This document shows, in pieces, positions 57,156 to 64,000 of a stretch of DNA of 64,000 bases. The notes under the pieces are model-generated. The model had not been told where the DNA came from and searched no databases. It saw only the letters and a program-made list of their open reading frames with translations. Source of the stretch: Acidimicrobiaceae bacterium (lineage in GTDB: Bacteria; Actinomycetota; Acidimicrobiia; Acidimicrobiales; Aldehydirespiratoraceae); assembly GCA_016845585.1 (NCBI GenBank), contig JAERSO010000076.1, positions 8,565 through 72,564 on the forward strand, in the 5' to 3' direction. The position numbers and the translations under genes were made by a program. Every line of letters starts with the position of its first letter. The stretch's first letter is position 1.

Positions 57156-58031
57156 GTGCGGCATGCTTGGCCCGTGGACACCCTCGTTTGGCACGACCAG
57201 CCCCCACGACCGCTGCGATCACCGATTCTCGTCGCCGCGTTCGAAGGCTTGTTCGACGTCGGTGGCGCGGCGACGGGCGCCATCGAGGCACTACGCCTGC
57301 ACGATCCGATCGCCCTTGGATCGATCGACCCGGACCCCTATTTCGACTTCAGCGAACGCCGCCCCGAGGCTCGGGTGACCGAGACCGGGGAGCGCATCAT
57401 CGAGTGGCCCGAGAACCGGGTCGATTGCCTGCTCCTGCCCGACCGCGACCGGGACCTCGTCCTGATGCAGGGGGTGGAGCCACACTTGATGTGGCGCACG
57501 TTCGCCGATGCGATCGTCGCCGTCGCCCACCACCTCGACGTGGCCATGGTCGTCACGCTCGGCGCCATGATCGCCGAAGTTCCCCATACCCGGCCCCCGA
57601 CCATCACCGGCTCGACAACGGATGCCGAACTGGCGGAACTCCTCCGGCTCGATCAGCCGACCTACGAGGGCCCCACGGGTGTCATCGGCGTGATCCTCGA
57701 GCGGCTCGAGCGGGCGGGGATTCCCGCGGTTTCGCTTCGTGCCGGTGTACCGCACTATGTCAGCGGCTCACCGAACCCCAAGGCTTCGCGCGCCCTGCTC
57801 GAACGGTTCGAACGGGTCACCGGGCTGCCGACCCGTTGGTCCAGCCTCGATGACGAGGCGCGGGCATGGGAATCGCGCGTCAACGAGGCCATGGACGGCG
57901 ACGGCGACATCACCCGCTACGTCCAACGGCTGGAGGAACGCTTCGACGCCCGCACGGCGGAGTCACTTCCGAATGCGGATGACCTCGCGGCAGAATTCCA
58001 GCGATTCCTGCGCCAGCACGGCGACGACTGA
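57156..58031 (+). CDS. PAC2 (proteasome assembly chaperone 2-like) family protein
   Basis: 291 aa. PILVAAFEGLFDVGGAATGAIEAL and ...GPTGVIGVILERLERAGIPAVSLRAGVPHY are typical of actinobacterial PAC2 proteins. GTG start. Confidence 0.8.
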   Translation: MRHAWPVDTLVWHDQPPRPLRSPILVAAFEGLFDVGGAATGAIEALRLHDPIALGSIDPDPYFDFSERRPEARVTETGERIIEWPENRVDCLLLPDRDRDLVLMQGVEPHLMWRTFADAIVAVAHHLDVAMVVTLGAMIAEVPHTRPPTITGSTTDAELAELLRLDQPTYEGPTGVIGVILERLERAGIPAVSLRAGVPHYVSGSPNPKASRALLERFERVTGLPTRWSSLDDEARAWESRVNEAMDGDGDITRYVQRLEERFDARTAESLPNADDLAAEFQRFLRQHGDD

Positions 58032-58034
58032 GCG

Positions 58035-58826
58035 GTGCACGTCCTCGTCACCGTGCCCGGCGCCGCAGGCGACGAGCTGCTGACGACGGACGCCTGGATC
58101 GGGGGCGCGATCGGTGTCGAGGAACTCGGCGACGACCTACGTGTCGCGTTCGACGACCCCGGTGCGGCCGCGAGCTTCGCCGAGCTCACCGGCGGCGATT
58201 CTCAGCCCGTTGCCGATGACACCGGCCTCGATGCGTGGCGGGCCCACGCGGAGACGTACGAGGCAGGCCCCTTCGTCATCCGTCCGCCCTGGCTGCGTCG
58301 AACAGATTCACCGGAGTTGGTGATCGATCCGGGACGAACGTTCGGGAGTGGGTCCCACGCGTCGACTCGGCTTGCGCTCGAACTGCTCAGCGACCGGATC
58401 GAACGCCTGTCGCCAGCGCGGTCCGCCCCACAGATCGCCGACATCGGGTGTGGGAGCGGTGTCCTCGCCATCGCCGCGGCGGTTCTCGGCGCCCGATGCG
58501 TGGCCGTCGACATCAACGAGGCGGCAGTCGAGGCCACCACCCTGAACGCGGCCGCCAACGACGTCACAGATCGGGTGTCCGTCCGCTCCGGGTCCGCCCT
58601 CGAAGCGCGGGGCGAGTACGACCTCGCCGTGGTGAACGTCACGATCGACATCCACGAGACGATCGCTGCCGAGGTGCGAGAGCACGTTCACGTCGGTCGA
58701 TTGATCGTCGCCGGCATCCTTGCGGGGGACCAGGAACGCCGCGCCGCCGCCGCTTACGACGCTCGGGTCGTCGAGCGACGCCAACAAGGAGAATGGGCTG
58801 GTCTTCTCCTACATTTGAACGAATGA
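58035..58826 (+). CDS. prmA: ribosomal protein L11 methyltransferase-like (PrmA family)
   Basis: 263 aa. IDPGRTFGSGSHASTRLALELL, DIGCGSGVLAIAAAVLGA and VAVDINEAAVEAT. GTG start 3 nt after the PAC2 stop. Confidence 0.7.
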   Translation: MHVLVTVPGAAGDELLTTDAWIGGAIGVEELGDDLRVAFDDPGAAASFAELTGGDSQPVADDTGLDAWRAHAETYEAGPFVIRPPWLRRTDSPELVIDPGRTFGSGSHASTRLALELLSDRIERLSPARSAPQIADIGCGSGVLAIAAAVLGARCVAVDINEAAVEATTLNAAANDVTDRVSVRSGSALEARGEYDLAVVNVTIDIHETIAAEVREHVHVGRLIVAGILAGDQERRAAAAYDARVVERRQQGEWAGLLLHLNE

Positions 58827-58848
58827 ATTCGCGACCGAGTACCGCCGC

Positions 58849-59664
58849 ATGCCCTTGATGATCCCCTCGACCGACGGCGTCTCTGTCGCAGTCCACGAGT
58901 TCGGCGGAACGGGGCCACTTCTCGTGATCCTCCATGCCACCGGCATGCACGCTCACTGCTACCGAAAGATCGCCGAAGGGCTGAGCGACATCCGAACCGT
59001 GATCGGAGTCGACCTCCGCGGCCACGGAGACTCGATCGCGCCGGACCTCGACTTCGTGTGGACAGGCATGGTCGACGACACCTGCGCCGTCCTCGAACAC
59101 TTCGGCGCCGACGAGCCCGTCGACTTCGTCGGCCACTCCATGGGGGGCGGCACGGTCGCCGGCACCGAGCTCGCCCGCCCCGGTTCGATTCGAAGAGCCT
59201 GGCTCTTCGAGCCGATCATCTGGCCGGGCCCGGTCGTGCATCAGGACAACTTCATGGCAACGGCCGCACGCAGTCGACGAGCCACCTTCGACTCATTCGA
59301 CGCGGCAATCGAACGGTACGGCTCCCGCCCGCCGTTCGACGGTGTGGACCCGGAGATGCTGGACGACTACGTCCGTCATGGGTTCCGCGAAGTGGCTGAT
59401 GGTGTCACGCTCAAGTGCCTGCCCGAGCACGAGGCCCGGGTCTTCTCCAATGTTCGGCTCGACATCTTCCCGCAGCTCGAGAAGCTGACGATGCCGATCA
59501 CCGTTGTCGGATCAGGCGACGGCCGGCCGCCCGCCGTGGTGGCTCGCCAAATTGCCGCCGCGCTGCTGAACGGCACCCTCTCGGAGTGGAACGACCACAC
59601 CCATTTCGGCCCCTTCGAGGACCCTGGCCTCGCCGCGGACGAGATCCGGAGCGTGATCACATGA
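58849..59664 (+). CDS. alpha/beta hydrolase
   Basis: 271 aa with HATGMHAHCY, nucleophile elbow VGHSMGGG and a late His (DHTHFGPFE). Confidence 0.8.
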   Translation: MPLMIPSTDGVSVAVHEFGGTGPLLVILHATGMHAHCYRKIAEGLSDIRTVIGVDLRGHGDSIAPDLDFVWTGMVDDTCAVLEHFGADEPVDFVGHSMGGGTVAGTELARPGSIRRAWLFEPIIWPGPVVHQDNFMATAARSRRATFDSFDAAIERYGSRPPFDGVDPEMLDDYVRHGFREVADGVTLKCLPEHEARVFSNVRLDIFPQLEKLTMPITVVGSGDGRPPAVVARQIAAALLNGTLSEWNDHTHFGPFEDPGLAADEIRSVIT

Positions 59665-61121
59665 CAATCGATCCTCGCACGCCGGTCATCATCGGTGTCG
59701 GTCAGATCTCCTACGACGAACCACAACTGGACCGACCGATCGACGCGATCGACATCATGTCCGCCGCAGTGAGCGCAGCGATCGCCGACTCGGGCGGGAC
59801 AGGAGTGGCCCGTGCGGTCGACACACTCGCTGTCATCGCCGGGCTCTTCTCACTTCGAGACCCCGCGGCACTGATCGCGGCGGAGATCGGAGCCCATGAG
59901 GCCCGCACGATCCTGACGGTGATGGGTGGCAACACGCCGATCGCGTTCACCGGCGAAATCGGCGATCGGATCGCTCGAGGCGCTGTCGAGGTCGCGGTGA
60001 TCGTCAGCGGGGAGAACAACGCCACCCGCCGAGCCATGAAGAAGCTCGGTCGACGTGTGGAGCGTCGCACCGAACCCGCCAATGCTTCTCCGCAGGCCTG
60101 GGGAGCCACGCTCGACATGGGCACCGCAAGCGACACGGAACGCGGCGGAGAACACGCGCGGAACAATTACGCGATCATGGACAGCGCGATCAGGGCCCAC
60201 CGGGGCGAGACGCTCGACGAAGCCCGCGACCGCGCCGCCGCGCTCTGGGCCGACTATGCCGCGGTGGCCGTCTCCAACCCGCACGCCGCTGACCGTTCGG
60301 GGATGTCCGCCGCTGAGATCCGCGAACCGAGCGCAACCAACCGAATGGTCTCCTGGCCGTACACGAAGGCGTTGTGCGCCAACAACCACGTCGATCAGGG
60401 TGCCGCACTGATCATCACCAGTTCCGAGGCCGCTGACCGCCTCGGCGTTCCCCTCGACCGACGGGTCCACATCCACGACACGATCAGTGTCAACGACACC
60501 GACAGCATTCTTCCCCGCCGCGAACTCCACCATGTCCCGGCGTTCGAGCAGGCAGCCGAAACGATCGAGGACCGTTGGGGTCCGTTGAGCGATGTCGAAC
60601 ACCTCGACTTCTACGGTTGCTTTCCCTCCGTGGTGACGCAGACCTGCGAGGCATTCGGCGTCTCTCCCGAACGCCAACTGACCGTGACCGGCGGCCTGGG
60701 GTTCGCCGGCGCGCCGCTCAACTTCGCGGCAGGTCAGTCCCTCGTCGGGATGGTGCAGGTGCTGCGCGACGACGCCGGCGCCCGGGGTGTCGTTCAGGGC
60801 AATGGAGGCCACGCGTCAAAGCACTCGTTCGGCCTCTACTCGACGCACCCGCCGGACCACTATCACCCGACCACGACCGATCAGAGCCGCGCCGTCGCGA
60901 CTCGACCCGCGCCCCCCGATCGCGAGGGCTCGGTCTCCATCGACGGGGTCACGGTCGAACACGACCGAAGCGGGCCCACCCGAGCGGTGATGGTGTGCCG
61001 GTTCGACGACGGCGCACGAATCTGGGCCAACTCCGACGATCCGGCGGTCATGACTGCAATCGAGACGGAAGAGACCGTCGGTGCGACGGGAACGGTCAGT
61101 GCCGGGCGGTTCTCGTGGTAG
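59661..61121 (+). CDS. thiolase-superfamily (acetyl-CoA acetyltransferase-like) protein
   Basis: 486 aa from ATG 59661 (ATGA overlap with the hydrolase stop). The N-terminus PVIIGVGQ... and the C-terminal half FYGCFPSVV...VTGGLGFAGAPLN...GNGGHASKHS resemble SCP-x/Ltp-type non-canonical thiolases. Confidence 0.7.
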   Translation: MTIDPRTPVIIGVGQISYDEPQLDRPIDAIDIMSAAVSAAIADSGGTGVARAVDTLAVIAGLFSLRDPAALIAAEIGAHEARTILTVMGGNTPIAFTGEIGDRIARGAVEVAVIVSGENNATRRAMKKLGRRVERRTEPANASPQAWGATLDMGTASDTERGGEHARNNYAIMDSAIRAHRGETLDEARDRAAALWADYAAVAVSNPHAADRSGMSAAEIREPSATNRMVSWPYTKALCANNHVDQGAALIITSSEAADRLGVPLDRRVHIHDTISVNDTDSILPRRELHHVPAFEQAAETIEDRWGPLSDVEHLDFYGCFPSVVTQTCEAFGVSPERQLTVTGGLGFAGAPLNFAAGQSLVGMVQVLRDDAGARGVVQGNGGHASKHSFGLYSTHPPDHYHPTTTDQSRAVATRPAPPDREGSVSIDGVTVEHDRSGPTRAVMVCRFDDGARIWANSDDPAVMTAIETEETVGATGTVSAGRFSW

Positions 61122-63990
61122 CAGAGTCACCGAGGCGCTCATGAAGCTCTGACGCCGGGGCGGGTCGACCGAAGTAGTAGCCCTGCGCTCGGTGGCATCC
61201 GAGGCGAAGCAGCACATCGGCCTGCGCCTGCGTCTCGACACCCTCGGCGACCACGTCGAGTCCGAGGGCATCGGCCAGCGAGATGATCGAGCGCACGAAT
61301 GCCTGATCCTCGTCGTTGTCGGCGAGTTCCATGACAAATGCCCGGTCGATCTTCAGTGCATCGACCGGGAAACGTTTGAGGTACGCAAGCGATGAGAATC
61401 CCGTCCCGAAGTCATCGACCGCGATCTTGACGCCGATCTCCTTCAGGCGGTGGAGCACTTCCTCGCTCCGCGTGATGTCAGTCATCACCGCGGACTCGGT
61501 GATCTCAACGCACAGTCGGTGGGCGGGGAGACCGGTCTGTTCCATCGCGAGCCGCACGAGTCCCACGGTCTCATCACGCTGAAGCTGCGCGGCGGCGAAG
61601 TTGACCCGCAATGTGGGGCCGTTCTCACCGCCCGGCCAGCTGGCGGCCTCGTGGCAGGCGTTCAGCAGTACGTGAGTGCCGAGATCGACGATGAGGCCGG
61701 TTTCCTCCGCTATCGGGACGAAGTGTCCGGCCGCCAGTAGCCCATCGTCGGGGTGTTCCCAGCGAACGAGGGCCTCGGCTCCGAGCGTCGAATGATCATG
61801 GAGGGAGACCTCGGGCTGGAAGTGCACTCGAAGCTCCTGGTTGCGCAGCGCACGGCGGAGCCCGGACTCGGTGGCCATACGAGCGGTGACCTCCTCGCGG
61901 AGGTCTTCGTCGAACACCGCATGGCGACCGCGCCCATCCGCCTTGGCCCGATACATGGCGGTGTCGGCACGTCGGAGTAGATCGCGGGTCTCGGTGTTGG
62001 CCTCAGCCAGTGCGATACCCACACTCGCCGAGGGGAAGATCTGTTGTCGACCGAGGTAGACGGGCTCACCGAGCATCGTCAGGAGGCGCTCCGCCACTCG
62101 CCGGGCGAGGAACTCATCCACAGGTGCCGCCAGCAGGACGGCGAACTCATCGCCACCGAGTCGAGCGACGAGATCGCCCGGGCGAACGGTCAGTCGGAGG
62201 CGATCGGCGACCACGACGAGCAGCTCGTCGCCACGGTCATGGCCCAGCGAGTCATTGATCAGCTTGAAGCGGTCGAGGTCGAGCAACAGCACAGCCACGT
62301 CCTCGCCGCGTGACGAAGCGAGGTCGATCGACTCCAGCAGGGCGCGACGGTTCGCGAGTGCGGTGAGCTCGTCGTGCGTCGCCTGGAAGCGCAGGAGTTG
62401 CTCGGCGCGCCGGCGAGTCGTGATGTCCTCGGTGTGGACGAGGAACAGTGGTTCACCGGTGATGAATCCTTCGATCCGAGATACCCGGATGCGTCCCCAG
62501 ACTCGCCTGCCGTCGCGGGCGAGGAACGGAGCCTCCGCGTGGAGCACATCCCCTTCGGCTTCCCAGTCGATCTCCTCGAACTCGATGTCCAGGACCTCCT
62601 CGGTCGCGGCACCGACCAACTCCTCGACCGATTCGGCGTGGAGGAACTCGACGAAGGCATCGTTGCAGGTGACGAGCCGGAGTTGTTGATCACGCAGGGC
62701 AATGCCGGTCGGTGCCTGGCCGAACGCGCCGAGGCTGTAGCGCTCTGCCACGAGCCGGTCCTCGATCTGTTCGATGATCCGACTGAGTGCCCCGAGAACG
62801 AACGATCTCTCCACCTCGTCGCCTCCGGCCGCGAGCCCCCGGCCCACGAGAAAGGCGCGAACCGCTCCTCCCGAGCCGCGAGCGTGTACGAGGGTGATCG
62901 TGTCACTGCCGTCAGCAGTCCCGGCACGCTCGACGCCGGAGCCGGAGCCGACCACCCGAGCTTCGTCGAACAGGTCATCAGCGCCGAACTCGATCTCCGG
63001 TGCCTTCTCGCCGATGGTGACCAGCGTGCCGTCGAGCCATTGTCGGAGCCGGTAGACCTCACCGGTGATGTCGACACGCCAGTTCTCGATGCAGTCCAGG
63101 TCGAGGAAGGCCGCCGCCTCGGCCAGCACATCGGCCAGTTCGGTGGAGAACTCCCGCTCACCGACCTCGGCGAGACGCACCGTAGCTCGGCGGAGTAGAT
63201 CCTGGGCTTCGACCTGACGCTGCATCTCGTGTTCGAGTTGCACGCGTGTCTGCAGCTGACCGAGCAGGTCACTGAACGCGGCGATCAGCCGGAGGTACAG
63301 CTCGAGGTGTTCGGTCTCGTCCTCGAACCAGCTGAAGATCACCAGCCCGACTTGGGTGCCGCTGACGACCAGGGGACTCGTAACGGAGGTCCACACCCCG
63401 GAAGGGGACGCCGCGAGCATCGTCCGTGCGGAGCCGGACTCGGTTCCATCCTCTCGATGGATCCGCGCAACCGCGGGTTCGCCCCGCTCGATGGCTTCGC
63501 GCAGGCTCGGGTCAGGTTGCTTCAGGTGCGCGCCGATTTCGATGATCGGTTCCCCGTCTTTCGTCCACTCGGTCGTGAGGCGAGTCCCCGGGGCGGACGT
63601 GAGTTCGCTGATCTGCACCGCGGCCGCGCCGAGGTGGCGACCAACGGTGCCCAGCGCGTCCTCGATCAACTCGTCGACCTGGGAGGCATCGACACGAAGG
63701 AAGTCGGCGACGAGGCGGGCGACCATCTCATCGGTTTGAACCCAGAAGCGAGACGATGACTCCGCATCGAACCTGGCGCGGGTCTGGGCGATGCTCGACA
63801 CGATGGTGTTGACGGCGTCGGCCTCGTCGGGGAGCCATCCTGCCGAGTCTCGAAACACCGCGACGACAGCCTGCGCGGTGGTGCCGATCGCGGCAGGGAA
63901 CACCCCAACCGATCCCTGTTCTTCGGTCACCCCGAGAGTGTCGGCGACTTCCTCGCTGTGGAGGAGCACGAGGAGGTCGCGCTGTGTCAT
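61096..63990 (-). CDS. multidomain c-di-GMP protein: GAF/PAS-like sensors + GGDEF + EAL
   Basis: 964 aa. Intact GGDEF (ARLGGDEFAVLL) with an RxxD I-site (RPGD), and an intact EAL (GAEALVRWEHP, DDFGTGFSSL, KIDRAF, EGVET, QGYYF). PAS-like HTEDITTRRRAEQ. Its 3' end overlaps the convergent 59661..61121 by 26 nt. Confidence 0.9.
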   Translation of the reverse strand: MTQRDLLVLLHSEEVADTLGVTEEQGSVGVFPAAIGTTAQAVVAVFRDSAGWLPDEADAVNTIVSSIAQTRARFDAESSSRFWVQTDEMVARLVADFLRVDASQVDELIEDALGTVGRHLGAAAVQISELTSAPGTRLTTEWTKDGEPIIEIGAHLKQPDPSLREAIERGEPAVARIHREDGTESGSARTMLAASPSGVWTSVTSPLVVSGTQVGLVIFSWFEDETEHLELYLRLIAAFSDLLGQLQTRVQLEHEMQRQVEAQDLLRRATVRLAEVGEREFSTELADVLAEAAAFLDLDCIENWRVDITGEVYRLRQWLDGTLVTIGEKAPEIEFGADDLFDEARVVGSGSGVERAGTADGSDTITLVHARGSGGAVRAFLVGRGLAAGGDEVERSFVLGALSRIIEQIEDRLVAERYSLGAFGQAPTGIALRDQQLRLVTCNDAFVEFLHAESVEELVGAATEEVLDIEFEEIDWEAEGDVLHAEAPFLARDGRRVWGRIRVSRIEGFITGEPLFLVHTEDITTRRRAEQLLRFQATHDELTALANRRALLESIDLASSRGEDVAVLLLDLDRFKLINDSLGHDRGDELLVVVADRLRLTVRPGDLVARLGGDEFAVLLAAPVDEFLARRVAERLLTMLGEPVYLGRQQIFPSASVGIALAEANTETRDLLRRADTAMYRAKADGRGRHAVFDEDLREEVTARMATESGLRRALRNQELRVHFQPEVSLHDHSTLGAEALVRWEHPDDGLLAAGHFVPIAEETGLIVDLGTHVLLNACHEAASWPGGENGPTLRVNFAAAQLQRDETVGLVRLAMEQTGLPAHRLCVEITESAVMTDITRSEEVLHRLKEIGVKIAVDDFGTGFSSLAYLKRFPVDALKIDRAFVMELADNDEDQAFVRSIISLADALGLDVVAEGVETQAQADVLLRLGCHRAQGYYFGRPAPASELHERLGDSATTRTARH

Positions 63991-64000
63991 GACGATCGGT

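Overview
Visibly GC-rich DNA with a strong GC3 bias. It reads as a core chromosomal segment of an actinobacterium: long-form LeuA, a PAC2 protein, F420/LLM-type oxidoreductases, MocR and SufR-like regulators, and many 1-4 nt start/stop overlaps. The phylum call is an inference. I support about 60 protein-coding genes. I found no rRNA, tRNA, CRISPR array, transposase, integrase or phage gene.

Main modules, in order:
- Acyl-CoA genes.
- Class Ia ribonucleotide reductase nrdAB.
- A minus-strand operon for beta-alanine/GABA-type catabolism (class-III aminotransferase, mmsA) that continues into a redoxin and a methyltransferase. A divergent MocR regulator and a convergent gabD sit beside it.
- A GGDEF protein, then a TlpA-like/CcdA-like thiol-disulfide pair.
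- Two divergent citrate-synthase paralogues, one fused to an HTH.
- A dispersed methylmalonyl-CoA mutase cluster: meaB ... mutB-SDR-mutA.
- Fatty-acid and CoA-ester enzymes, and a molybdopterin oxidoreductase.
- A SufR-like/Crp/methyltransferase operon.
- leuA with a Leu-rich leader.
- PAC2/prmA, and two EAL-containing c-di-GMP proteins.

This is an ordinary metabolic region, not an accessory island. I see no convincing new multi-gene system.

Items most worth a second look:
1. A TlpA/ResA-like redoxin interrupted by one in-frame TGA exactly at the redox-Cys position, with a hairpin at SECIS distance. This is a candidate selenoprotein.
2. An HTH-citrate-synthase fusion divergent from a paralogue with Glu in place of the catalytic Asp, separated by a dense TTGAT/ATCAA palindrome array.
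3. Two families of long palindromic intergenic repeats. One family brackets a small secreted-protein gene as exact 38-bp direct repeats.
4. A Leu-codon leader peptide plus terminator upstream of leuA.
5. Several genes disrupted at homopolymer runs, which could be pseudogenes or assembly errors.

All family calls come from motif recognition by eye. No searches were run.
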